Under the pieces are notes generated by a model. The model did not search any database and was not told where the DNA came from. It saw only the letters and a program-made list of their open reading frames with translations. This document shows, piece by piece, positions 1-10,820 of a stretch of DNA of 64,000 nucleotides. The position numbers and the translations under genes were made by a program. The DNA is taken from the sequence record PQ843332.1; one strand, written 5' to 3'. Every line of letters begins with the position of its first letter. Position 1 is the first letter of the stretch. Source of the DNA: Escherichia phage P-GXEC-L2P5.

Positions 1-66
1 TTTAAAGATATCAAGCTAATGGAGCGAATCGCGCTTGATGAAATGGCGCAACAAAACCCCGCATAA
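1..66 (+). CDS. tail assembly chaperone, C-terminal end of the frameshifted gpT-like extension (partial; 5' end outside window)
   Basis: Frame 1 reads FKDIKLMERIALDEMAQQNPA-stop; the same peptide ends the T-frame extension after the G-like chaperone at 49363-49432. Confidence 0.5.
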   Translation, partial: FKDIKLMERIALDEMAQQNPA

Positions 67-604
67 TGAAGCGGGACAAGCGGGACGTCCCGTTTTGTCC
101 CGCCCCTCAAAAACTGCATACTTATTTACTATTATTGCATAAACTAAAAGCGGGACAAGCGGGACGTCCCGATCTGGCACCCCTCTGAAAAGCGCATACC
201 TATTCAGTTTTACTGCATAAACCAAACGGGACAAAAAGCGGGACAAACAAGGGGCGGGACAAAGCGGGACAGCACCCCCGCCCCGCCAGTGCTGCCGCGG
301 GGTTTAGCCGATCGGGACAGGCGGGACAAAGCCCAGTCTTTCAGACTAGACGGGGGTCAATGGCCCCCCTCGCGCGGTTTTTAGCCGATCGGGACAGGCG
401 GGACAAAGCCCAGTCTTTCAGACTAGACGGGGGTCAATGGCCCCCCTCGTCTGAGACTGAATAAGGTTTGTTTTAAATTCGCTGATACAATGTTTCAGAC
501 TAGACGGGGGTCAATGGCCCCCCTCGTCTGAGACTGAATAAGGTTTGTTTTAAATTCGCTGATACAATGTCAACCGGCAACTGCATAAAAAAGGGGGCTG
601 CATA
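67..604. repeat. non-coding repeat module R1: GCGGGACA(A) arrays in direct and inverted orientation, GC-rich tract, repeated strong hairpin, TGCATAAA boxes
   Basis: At least 10 GCGGGACA-type 8-mers; near-palindrome GCGGGACAAGCGGGAC/GTCCCGTTTTGTCCCGC at 70-102; no plausible ORF; paralogous modules at 31353-31610 and 49433-49893. Confidence 0.7.
411..459 (+). terminator. strong stem-loop (cagtctttcagactagacggggg...cccccctcgtctgagactg), terminator-like; also at about 334-371 and 487-535 through tandem duplication
   Basis: Long GC-rich inverted repeat seen directly; no clean U-tract, so terminator function is inferred only. Confidence 0.35.
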
Positions 605-3401
605 ATGGCAGATCAAGCAGCAGGCATCACGCTAAAGGCGGATGTCGCACAAATCAGAACGGCGAATACTGTGCTTGATTCATTCGCACAGAAATCCGAG
701 AACACAGAAAACAAGGTTAAGAAATTAAACGACACACTCGGCAAATCCAAAAAGGTTACGAGTGACGCCGCGGGTGGAATGGAGAAGCTGGCGACTGAAT
801 CGCAGCGCGCCGCAGATGGCATGACGAAACAGGAGCGACTTGCCAACAGGTTAGGCATGTCGACCAAAAACCTGGGCTTTGCCTCGCGTAACGCCGCATT
901 CCAGTTACAGGATATCGCAGTTACGCTTGAGATGGGGATGCCAGTTCACCGCGTCATGCTTCAGCAGTTACCACAGCTTACCGGGGCGTTCGGTGGATTG
1001 GGTAACACGCTGCGTTATGTTGCGGGCTTCCTCGGTCCGGTAGGGATCGGCATTGCAGCACTAACGGCAACGTTAGGCGTAGGAGTGGCGGTTACGTCCC
1101 GTGCCGAAAACCAGGTCGCAGCGCTTAACAAGACGCTGGCGCTGTCGGGTAACATTTCCGGACTCACTGCAAACCAGATCCTGGTGCTATCCGAGAACGC
1201 CGAGCGCATGGGCGGGTCGTTCCGCAAGACGCGTGACACAATCCAGGCGCTGGCGGCGGCGGGTGTGAAAGCGGGTGGTGACTTCGGCGCACTGGCGACC
1301 GCAAGACGCGTGACACAATCCAGGCGCTGGCGGCGGCGGGTGTGAAAGCGGGTGGTGACTTCGGCGCACTGGGGAAGGTAGTGAATGACTTCGCGAAGGT
1401 GTCCAGCCAGCCGATCGAGGATGTGGTCGCGGCGGTGGCGAAGCTGTCAACCGACCCGGTAGGCGGCTTACGGGCATTGGCGGATAAGTATCACGTCGTA
1501 AACGAAGCGCAGATCCAGCAGGTGCAGTCACTAGTGACGGCTGGTCGCGAAACCGAAGCGGTGGCGCTGGCTAACAAAACAGCCGCGGCGTCGTTTACCA
1601 CTATGACCAACGATATTAAGTCCAACATGGGTACGCTTGAGCGGTCGATGAACGTCGTTACATCGGCAGCTAAATCTATGTGGGACGCCATCCTGGATGT
1701 GGGCCGCGCGCAGTCCTCGAATGAGTCAGAGATGAAAGCGCGTGAATCATTGCAGCGACTGACCACGGCTTACTATGCCGAGATGAAAGCGGTCAACGCT
1801 GCCGGTGGGGTGATGACCGAAGCGCAGAAAGCACGTATTAACATGCTTTATAGCGAAATGGTCGCCCAGGAGAAAGTAGTCGCGTCGCTCACCCTGCGCA
1901 ACCGTGCAGAGCGTGACAACGCCAACGCCGCGGAACAATCAGCAAAGGCGAACGAGGAGGCAAACCGCACTGCCCGCGACCGCGCCGCGTTTGAGAAGGA
2001 GTACGCAACCAACGCTAAGCGGCGCGCCGACGAGATCGCCCGCCTCAATTTGCTTAATAAGCGCGGCGTGATTGACGAGAAAGAGCTTGCCGAGGCGGTG
2101 AAGCAGGTAAACGAGCGTTACAAAGACCCCGCCCCGAAGAAGGCCGCCGCTGTTCGAGTCGATGCCGGGCTGAAAATGCTGGAAGTCGCGCGAAGCGAAC
2201 TGGCACAGCTTCGTGAGTCTGGAAAGCAGATCGAAGCCAACTCCTCGACGCAGACCCGAACGCAACGCGCTCAAGCGGCCCTAAACAAGCTGATCGCGGA
2301 TAATGAGCAGTTAATCGCAGCAAGCAAAGAAAGAGCACTAACGGCAGCAGAAAAGCAGCAGATGGTCGAATTCGGACGCGTGAAGGAAGTACGCGAGCAG
2401 ATCGTCGAAGAAGCCAAATTGCTGGACGCGAAAGAGAAGCAGGTCAAGGCGCACGCGCAGATCGACTCCTTCGTTAAGAACCAGAACGCCGAGCTAAAAG
2501 CCACCGCGGCGGGCTATGCGCTTTCCACTCGCGAAGCGGCTAACCTGCGCGAAGAATTGCAGCTAATTGACCGCCTTAAGCGGGTGGGCGCTAGTGATAC
2601 CGATATTGATCTGGCGGTGTCTAAACTGCGCGAAGTGCAGGAAGCACAGACCGGTGCTAACGCCTCACTATGGGATGGATTCAGCCGTGGGCTTAAGGAT
2701 AGCGTGGATGAAATGGGTAACGGCTATACGCAGATGACGTCACTCACAAAATTCACGTTCGGCGCTATGCAGGACACGATGAACGAGTTTTTCGAGACTG
2801 GCAAGCTGAACGCAAAGGATATGGTTAAGTCCATCCTGAGCGAATTAATCAAGCTGGCTACCTCGCAGGCGTTCAAGTCCATCGTTAGCGCTTTCGGTGG
2901 CGACGGCGGCAAAAACGGATTGTTCGGCGCTATCTTCTCGGGCCTCACCAAGAATGCGGACGGCGGAGCGTACGTGGCGACGGCGGCAAAAACGGATTGT
3001 TCGGCGCTATCTTCTCGGGCCTCACTAAGAATGCGGACGGCGGAGCTTACGCAGGGGGCAATCTCGCGGCCTATTCTGGGAAAGTGGTAAGCCAGCCTAC
3101 CTTTTTCAGTTATGGCGTCCAGGCGTTCGCTAAGGGCGCAGGATTGATGGGCGAGGCTGGTCCCGAGGCCATCATGCCGCTGAAGCGCGGGCCGGACGGG
3201 AAACTGGGCGTTGCCGCGTCTGGCGCAGGCGGTGGTATGGTCGTGACGACTAACGTTTACACGGGGACCGGTAAAACGGATACCAGTGTCAGCGGGCCGG
3301 ATCCCCGTACCGCGCAGGCGTTCGGCAAGCAAATCACCGAGGCGGTGAAGGCCGAGATCGTGAAGGCGACGAAACCGGGTGGTGTACTTTACAAACGATG
3401 A
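605..3401 (+). CDS. tail length tape measure protein (frame broken by tandem duplications near 1218-1372 and 2894-3051)
   Basis: ORFs 605-1345, 1342-3090 and 2997-3401 are contiguous; long coiled-coil Ala/Lys/Glu-rich middle; Gly-rich C-terminus; sits upstream of gpM/L/K/I/J-like genes. Confidence 0.75.
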
Positions 3402-3435
3402 TAAAATGGCCCTCACTACAACGTGGGGGCTTTTT

Positions 3436-4112
3436 ATGTCACAAGGTACAATCACACTAACGAAAGGAAGTAAGACCGTCACGGGCGCGGGAACGGCGTT
3501 CCTTAGCGAGATCGGGAAGGTACTCGTATTCGCCCGCATCGACGGCAACGACTACACCGGCAAAATTGCGGCATTCAACTCGAACACGGTCATTACTCTG
3601 AAAGATAACTGGGCCGGTCCGACGAAATCCGGTGCGGCATATGAGCTAATCGAAGCACACGACCCGCGATCAAACGAATGGCCCTATTACTGGCACCGAC
3701 GAAATCCGGTGCGGCATATGAGCTAATCGAAGCACACGACCCACGGTCAAACGAATGGCCCTATTACTGGCACATGCAATTGCAGGGCGGCGGCGACGTG
3801 CAGTTAGCTTTCCGGTCGGAGGAATTGCAATTCGGTAATGGCTACGGACAGAACATCGCGGACGGACCGAACGCAGAAACGAAACAGTTCCCCGTGCAAT
3901 TCGTCGGACTGACTACTGATAAGTGGTGCGACCCTAAACTGGTTTATAACTTTCTGCGCGGTCACTTCGTCAAGCCGTTTGTTGTCACCGCTCCAGATGG
4001 CGAAACAGGTTTATTCGTGGTCGAGCGTTCGAGCTTGTCGTACACTGACAACGGGCACTACACGGCAACTGTGTCCGCCACCCTTAAGACAGCTATTGGA
4101 TTCGTAAGATGA
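3436..4112 (+). CDS. minor tail protein, lambda gpM-like C-terminal domain (frame broken by duplication 3619-3772)
   Basis: ORFs 3379-3726 and 3678-4112; GGAGG-like RBS before ATG 3436; position between tape measure and gpL-like gene. Confidence 0.55.
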
Positions 4113-4897
4113 ATAAACTATATCGCGAGGCGACGCGCTTTGACCCATCGGGACGCGTTCGCCTGATTCACATTGACGCGCAGGACGTGGAGCCTGGCGA
4201 CGGCGCGATCGGCGCGGGCCATCACTATTTTCACTACTGCTTTATTCCGCACACTGCCGAGGATATTGCTGCCGCGGGCGGAGACGAGGACAAGCTAAAG
4301 CCCAAATCTATCTTCTTCGGCGGGCAGGAATTCGAATTCTGGCCCTTCGATTTGTCCGGCCTTAACTTCTCCACATCAACGGCAGCAGAACCGCAGCTAA
4401 CCATCGTTGATATTGGCGGCATAATCACCCGGCTGTCGCTGAATCACGACCAGCTACTGGGCGCGAAGGTTGAAATAATCGACACGTTTGCGAAGTTCCT
4501 GGATAACGGGTCGGATCCAGACCCGACGCAAAAACGTGTCCAGGAGTATTACATCGACTCACAGGTTGGGCGCAATCCAGGCAAGCAGATCACCTTCGCA
4601 TTATCCTCACCCGCGGATATGGAGGGGCAAGTAGTTCCCCGCCGCCAGATCATGAACATGTGCGAATGGGCGCTCAATGGGAAGTACGCCAGCGGGGACG
4701 GCTGCACGTGGAACCTTGCGAAGCCTGGCATCAAGTATTACGACGAGCGAGGTAATGAAGTCATCGCGATGAACATGGACCGATGCGGCGGCTGTTTGTC
4801 CGACTGTTATCTTCGATTTGGGCAAGGGCTTGCGGACCCTAAAGCGGCGGTGCTGGACTTCGGCGGCTTTCCGGGGTCCAGATTAATTAAGGGGTAG
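4109..4897 (+). CDS. minor tail protein, lambda gpL-like
   Basis: Intact 262 aa ORF; C-terminal Cys cluster CGGCLSDC; conserved position; ATGA overlap with upstream gene. Confidence 0.75.
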   Translation: MNKLYREATRFDPSGRVRLIHIDAQDVEPGDGAIGAGHHYFHYCFIPHTAEDIAAAGGDEDKLKPKSIFFGGQEFEFWPFDLSGLNFSTSTAAEPQLTIVDIGGIITRLSLNHDQLLGAKVEIIDTFAKFLDNGSDPDPTQKRVQEYYIDSQVGRNPGKQITFALSSPADMEGQVVPRRQIMNMCEWALNGKYASGDGCTWNLAKPGIKYYDERGNEVIAMNMDRCGGCLSDCYLRFGQGLADPKAAVLDFGGFPGSRLIKG

Positions 4898-4899
4898 TC

Positions 4900-5640
4900 A
4901 TGTTAACGAAGAAGGTTAAAAGCGATATCGCCGCACACGTCGCGGCATGTCTGCCGGAAGAAGCCTGCGGCCTGGTTGTCATGGTGGGCCGCAAACAAGT
5001 TTTTATCCCGTGCGTTAACGTATTCGAAGATCCTACCGGTGCGCGCTCGCGTAAGGACGCGTTTACAATCAGTGATACGGCCTGGATGGATGCTGAGGAT
5101 ATGGGCGATGTCGTTCGCGTAGTCCACTCACACCCAGGTCAGCGCGAGTTAACCCCGTCATTGGGTGACGTCAACGGCTGCAACGGCAGCGGCGTCGTCT
5201 GGACAATTACCAATGAGTATGGCGACTTTATCGAGATCGACCCGGAAGACCCGCCACTGGTGGGTCGCCGATTTGTTCTCGGAATTACGGATTGTTATGG
5301 CCTCGTTATGGACTGGCATAAAAAGCATGGCGTAAACCTGCCAGACTTCCGCGTACCGTACAACTGGTGGGAGACAGGCGAAAACCTGTATATGGACAAT
5401 TGGTATGGAGCGGGCTTCCGGGAGTGTGCGGAGAATACGCCAGGGGCGATGGTCATCATGCAGATTAGCGCGCCAGTGCCTAACCACGCCGGAATCTACC
5501 TTCCGGGCAACCAACTACTACACCATATCTACGGCAGCCTGTCGAGCGTGATCCCCTTCCGGGCAGGATTTTTCCGCGACAATGTGGTTAAATGGGTACG
5601 TCATAAAGACTTACCGTGGGATATCACAGAATGGCAATGA
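4900..5640 (+). CDS. tail assembly protein, lambda gpK-like (JAB/MPN + NlpC/P60 domains)
   Basis: Intact 246 aa ORF; HSHPGQRELTPSLGD (JAMM-like His motif) followed by Cys/His peptidase-like region; position after gpL-like gene. Confidence 0.8.
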   Translation: MLTKKVKSDIAAHVAACLPEEACGLVVMVGRKQVFIPCVNVFEDPTGARSRKDAFTISDTAWMDAEDMGDVVRVVHSHPGQRELTPSLGDVNGCNGSGVVWTITNEYGDFIEIDPEDPPLVGRRFVLGITDCYGLVMDWHKKHGVNLPDFRVPYNWWETGENLYMDNWYGAGFRECAENTPGAMVIMQISAPVPNHAGIYLPGNQLLHHIYGSLSSVIPFRAGFFRDNVVKWVRHKDLPWDITEWQ

Positions 5641-6248
5641 CCACATTTAAATTATACGGCGTCTTAGGGCGTCGTTTTGGTAAAGTGCACAAGCTGGATT
5701 GCTTCACCCCGGGCGAAGGTATCACAGGCCTATGCGTGAAGCTGCCTGGCTTACAGGACTTTCTAATGTCGGCCCACCTGGAAAATATTATGTTCAAGGT
5801 GCGCAAAGGCAATCACACAATGACCGGATACGACGAGTTAGGAGAGTTCCACGGCGACCGCGTAGTTACCATCGCACCGGTTATGACCGGCGCAAAACGC
5901 GGACTAGGCCAATTACTGGCGGGCGTAGCCATCGTGGTGGCGTCGTTCTACACCGGCGGGCTTGCTACTGCCGCTTTCGGAGCTTCCGCCGCGACCGCTG
6001 CCGCTATCGGTACGGCAACGTTTTCGTTCGGGATGTCGATGGCGCTGGGTGGCGTTATGCAATTGCTGTCACCGCAACCGAAAGGATTGCAGACACGGCA
6101 GGACGTGGATAACAAGGCGTCTTATGCGTTCGGCGGACCGGTAAACACGACCGCGCAAGGTACGGCACTTGGTGTATTATGGGGCGAGCGTGAGATCGGC
6201 GGCGCTATTATTTCCGCCGGAATCGTAACCGAGGACTTGAACGAATGA
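5631..6248 (+). CDS. tail assembly protein, lambda gpI-like
   Basis: ORF 5616-6248; N-terminal TFKLYGVLGRRFGK ubiquitin-like region, Gly/Ala-rich hydrophobic C-terminal half; overlaps gpK-like stop. Confidence 0.65.
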   Translation: MAMTTFKLYGVLGRRFGKVHKLDCFTPGEGITGLCVKLPGLQDFLMSAHLENIMFKVRKGNHTMTGYDELGEFHGDRVVTIAPVMTGAKRGLGQLLAGVAIVVASFYTGGLATAAFGASAATAAAIGTATFSFGMSMALGGVMQLLSPQPKGLQTRQDVDNKASYAFGGPVNTTAQGTALGVLWGEREIGGAIISAGIVTEDLNE

Positions 6249-6321
6249 CGATTATCTACGACGTCACAGGCCATAAAGGCGGCGGCGGCAAAGCCGGAAT
6301 CGTAACCGAGGACTTGAACGA

Positions 6322-9300
6322 ATGACGATTATCTACGACGTCACAGGCCATAAAGGCGGCGGCGGCAAACAGCACACCCCACAGGAGACGCCGGACAGCC
6401 TGCATTCGCTGGCTAAAATCCGCATCTTGCTCGCACTGGGCGAAGGTGAGTTCGAAGGCATTACCGACCCTAACGAATTACGGCAGCGCGTATACCTGGA
6501 CGGAACACCGATCCAGAACGCCGACCTGTCAGAAAACTTCCCCGGCGCGCGCGTGGAGTTCCGCCCAGGCACACAGCACCAGGACGTGATCCACGGATTT
6601 TCAGCGGTGGAAAGTGAGCAATCCGTAGGCGTAAAACTGGAAAACGGCACGCCGTGGGTGCGCCAGATTAACGACACCAGTCTTGACGCCGTGCGCATTC
6701 GAATCGGCATTCCGGCCCTGTACACCAACGAAGACAACGGCGACCTGGTGGGCGGGCGCATCGACTACAAAATCGTTGTGTATACGGACAACGCTGATCC
6801 GCGTGAGTTTACCTTCGCTGCCGTTGGTAAAACAATGTCGCTGTACGAGCGCGACCACCGCATCGAGTTACCGCCGAACGTGAATACCGGCTGGCGCGTG
6901 GAAGTTCACCGCACAACGGCAGATTCCACATCGGCGAAAGTGGTGAACGATATTCAGGTACAGTCCATCACTGAGATTATTGACGCCCGCCTGCGTTACC
7001 CGCTAACCGCGCTGTTGTTTGTGGAGTTCGACGCCAAAGCGTTCCAGAACATCCCGCGCGTGTCCATTAAGTGCAAAGGTCGCAAAGTTCTAATACCGAA
7101 CAACTACGACCCGATCAATCATACCTATGCCGGGTACTGGGACGGCACGTTTAAACGCGCATGGACGGATAACCCTGCGTGGCACTGGTACGATATTTGT
7201 ATTACTGAGCGCTTCGGCCTCGGTCGGTTAAACGCGCATGGACGGATAACCCTGCGTGGCACTGGTATGATATTTGTATTACTGAGCGCTTCGGCCTCGG
7301 TCGCCGGATCAAGCCGCAAATGCTAAACAGATATGCGCTCTACCAGATTGCGAAGCGCTGCGATCAACTGGTCAGCGACGGCAACGGCGGGCAGGAAATC
7401 CGATTTAAGAATGATATGTACATCCAGTCGCAGACCGACGCCTGGACCGTGCTTAAGGATTTAGCCGCCATCTTTGCCGGTATGACCTGGTGGGGCAACC
7501 AGATGTTGAATATTGTAAGCGATCAGCCGGTCGCAGCGGTATCGCACACTATCACCAACGCCTCGGTCATTGATGGTCGATTCGACTACGCGTCAGGGAG
7601 CCAGAAAACTCGGTATTCCACGTTCGCTGTAGCATACGGCAACCCGAAGAACCACTATGAAGATGCCATTGCTACGGGACAGCGTGTCGAACTGGTACGC
7701 CGCCATAAGATTAACCGTCTGGATATAACGGCGATCGGCTGTACGCGTGAGTCAGAAGCGCAACGCCGCGGGCACTGGGCGCTAATCTCCAACCAGCTTG
7801 ACCAGCAAGTTAGCTTTAAGGTTGGCATGGAGGGACTTTTCTTTATTCCGGGTAGTGTAGTCGCGATCGCCGATACAAACATTTCTGGCGGCTTCGAGAC
7901 ACGCGGCGGTCGCCTGTTGTCAGATCCTGGCACGCGGACTGTGCTGAACACAGACAGCGAAATCACGTTCCGCCCTGGGGATAAATTCCTGGTACGCACC
8001 GATAGCGGTAATGTGGAGACTCGCGAGATTGCCAGCGTCAACGGCAACAAGGTTACGCTAAAAACCGCACTGGACGCCGACCCGATTCCTGATCAGCCGT
8101 TTTGCGTCGATGGCAACGATATCCAGTTGCAGAAGTTCCGCATCACCGACCTGGAATATGACGACTCTACCAGCACTTTTTCAGTGCGCGGGATCGAATA
8201 CAACGATAGCAAATATGATGCCGTTGATAATGGCGCTCGCCTTGACCCAGGCATCTTTACGCAAGTTCCTGACGGCGTAATGAAGGGGCCGGAGTCCGTG
8301 ACCATTACCCCGTCGCAGATTTCATCGCAAGGCCAGCTAATCACCAACGTGGATATTGTGTTCCCGCCGGTGAAGGATGCCGTTGTTTATGAGATCCAGT
8401 GGCGACGTACCAGCTTGCAGAATATGGCGGTACAGTGGGGAAACGACTGGGTAAACATCCCCCGCACGGCATCGAACGGCGCGCACATCCCTAACGTGTT
8501 CTCCGGTAACTACCAAGCGCGCGTCCGCGCGATCGGTATGGGCGAGATTTCATCCCCGTGGGTGTCGTCCGCTATCACGCCGGTGGAAGGTCGTCTCGGC
8601 GGTCTTAACGCGCCTATCATCACCAACGCGATTTCGGGCCTTCACCAAATTTTGTGGAAGTGGAACCACAACAACGCCGCGACGGATATTTCGTACACCG
8701 AGCTTGAAGTTCGCAAGACGGGTGAAACGGAATGGAAATTCCTAACCAACGTCCCATACCCGGGGTCGGAGTATGCGCAAACGTCGCTGGAGTTCGGCAT
8801 CTATCAGCAGTTGCGCGCCCGTGTAGCGGATAAAATCGGCAACCTGTCGGACTGGTCGGCCCCGTTTGAAGGGCAGGTGAGCAGCAGTTGCGCGCCCGTG
8901 TCGCGGATAAAATCGGCAACCTGTCGGACTGGTCGGCCCCGTTTGAAGGGCAGGTGAGTGACAATGTTGACGAGTACATGAAGGGGCTGGACGACGAGTT
9001 CTTGACTTCTGAGGACGGTAAACGCTTCCAGGAAGCGATCGACACCATGCCGCAAGGCATTTATGAGGCTATGCTCACCGACGCACAGCAATTGTTTAAC
9101 GCCCGCGCCGAGTACAAGGGGATTTATGCAGAAATCTCGGTCGCGTATAACGTGGCGGCAGATGCCCACCAGGCGGTAGCGCAACTGGAAACGTTGATCG
9201 GTACTCGCCTTGACGATGCGGAAGCGGCAATCCACACGTTGCAGACCGCGCAAAGCACGCACGAGCAAGCGTTCGCCCAGTACCAACAAACTGTTGCCGC

Positions 9301-9826
9301 TAAGTTCGGTCAGCAGTCCGCCGCGATCGAGCAGAAGATGACGTCCTCGTTTAACCACTCCGGTGGTAGCGCCACATACAGCCTTAAGGCGGGTGTGACG
9401 TATAACGGTACTTACTATGATGCGGGTATGCAGCTTTCCGTTGTAACGTCGGGCAGCGCGGTTAAATCTCGTATCGCGTTCAAAGCCGACCAGTTCTACA
9501 TCATGCACCCATCTAATGGGTCGCTTTCGTCCGCGTTCATCGTCGACGGAGGACAGGTGTACATCGACACGGCACGAATCAAGAACGCGTCCATTAACTT
9601 CGCACAGATCACGGACACGCTGCGGTCTAATAACTTCGTTGCGGGGTCGTCAGGGTGGAACCTGCCTAAATCGGGTAACGCGGAATTGAACAACGTAACG
9701 GTCCGCGGCAACCTGTACGCCACATCGGGTAACTTCGGGTTTTCTGGTGGGACCGTGACGATCGACAAGACAGGCGTAAACGTGCCGTTACCTGGCGGGG
9801 GGAGGGTGAAAGTCGGGACGTGGTAA
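6322..9826 (+). CDS. host specificity / tail tip protein, lambda gpJ-like (frame broken by duplications near 7151-7304 and 8806-8959; start codon duplicated at 6245 and 6322)
   Basis: ORFs 6322-7326, 7320-8957 and 8888-9826 are contiguous, about 1,100 aa after removing duplicates; conserved gpJ-like N-terminus MTIIYDVTGHKGGGGKQHTP; position after gpI-like gene. Confidence 0.8.
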
Positions 9827-9831
9827 ATGCG

Positions 9832-9853
9832 AAGGGGCCATCCGGCCCCTTTT
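9832..9853 (+). terminator. rho-independent terminator (aaggggccatccggcccctttt), usable on both strands
   Basis: GC stem, short loop, T-run; sits between convergent genes. Confidence 0.6.
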
Positions 9854-10818
9854 CAATACATATTCGGGATGACGAGTAGCGGGGTGGGTACGGCAATATT
9901 TTTACCTGGCATCTGGAATTGCTGCCGTGAGTAGTTGCCGATGACGCGGTTTTTAGCGACGCGCACATTATTACCCGCCATGCGTATTCCGTTCATGCGG
10001 ACGTGGTTATAGCCCCCGTTGTTCTGAATCAGCGCGCCGGTGTATGAAAGCTGGATCAGGCTGTTTCCTATATTCTGGTCGCCCGTGCCGATGTTAATCG
10101 TGCGGTCATATACGAACGGCTTGTTCACCGTCGAGAACGTGACCTGATTCTGGTTATTTGTCATAGTGATCCCGGCCCCTGGCGTGGGTGGTGTATTGTT
10201 GAATATGACAAGGTCCATGTCCACCGAAGCCGCCACATCGTCGATGCCACCATAGGCCGCGTTGCGGACGATAATACTGCCACCATCGAAGCCTACTGAT
10301 ACGTTGCCGTCATCCCAGCGGGCGAACGGGACACCGCTAACGGGCAAGGCCATACTACCGTTGACGCGTACTCGCTGTGCGTATCGGCAGGTCATTAGCT
10401 TAGACACGTTGGATATGGCGGTGAAGTCCGTCGAGTTCTCCACCAGTAAGCCCGCGTTGCGTGAACCAACCGGCAGCACTTCCATTATGACGCCAGCCCA
10501 TTGTGGTAAGCCAGAGTACGCGCCATACGCATCCTCCCCGCGCAGGGTGATACCACTATTCCCGTTGCGGGTAACAGACGTAACGTAAAACGGGTCGGGA
10601 ATTACCAGGGTCTGGTCGAATACCTCAATCACTTCTACCGGGCGAGTGAGCGCGACGACGACCTGCGACCCCTCCGTAAGCGGGGTGTTAATGGTTAGCG
10701 TCTTGTTGGACTGTGCCCGCTGGTTAAAGCTGGTGCAGTATGCTGGCGCGCGAAGCCCTGCGGTGATCTCCATGCGCGGTCTTCCGTCGTTGTAGTCGAT
10801 AAGTATTCCAGCACCCAT
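9853..10818 (-). CDS. hypothetical protein, Asn/Gly-rich with beta-helix-like repeats; co-transcribed with upstream lipoprotein
   Basis: Intact 324 aa ORF; start overlaps lipoprotein stop; repeated N-x-x-(V/I)-x-N segments; absent from second genome copy. Confidence 0.45.
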   Translation of the reverse strand: MGAGILIDYNDGRPRMEITAGLRAPAYCTSFNQRAQSNKTLTINTPLTEGSQVVVALTRPVEVIEVFDQTLVIPDPFYVTSVTRNGNSGITLRGEDAYGAYSGLPQWAGVIMEVLPVGSRNAGLLVENSTDFTAISNVSKLMTCRYAQRVRVNGSMALPVSGVPFARWDDGNVSVGFDGGSIIVRNAAYGGIDDVAASVDMDLVIFNNTPPTPGAGITMTNNQNQVTFSTVNKPFVYDRTINIGTGDQNIGNSLIQLSYTGALIQNNGGYNHVRMNGIRMAGNNVRVAKNRVIGNYSRQQFQMPGKNIAVPTPLLVIPNMY

Positions 10819-10820
10819 TA

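Noticed and set aside
16-246. ORFs called inside the repeat modules (16-246 minus, 31349-31546 minus, 31361-31594 plus, 49500-49820 plus)
   Set aside because: They translate the GCGGGACA arrays and hairpins into Gly/Arg/Pro-rich peptides; different frames are open in different copies; no start context.
226-290. GCGGGACA repeat arrays as a possible CRISPR array
   Set aside because: Repeat unit is only 8-9 bp with irregular 1-8 bp spacing and mixed orientation; no 25-40 bp repeats separated by unique spacers and no cas genes.
2724-3548. 274 aa ORF on the minus strand opposite the tape measure gene (similar antisense ORFs at 1187-1531 and 1939-2338)
   Set aside because: Antisense to a strongly supported gene, low-complexity Arg/Ser/Ala-rich translation, no RBS; typical spurious open frame in GC-rich coding DNA.
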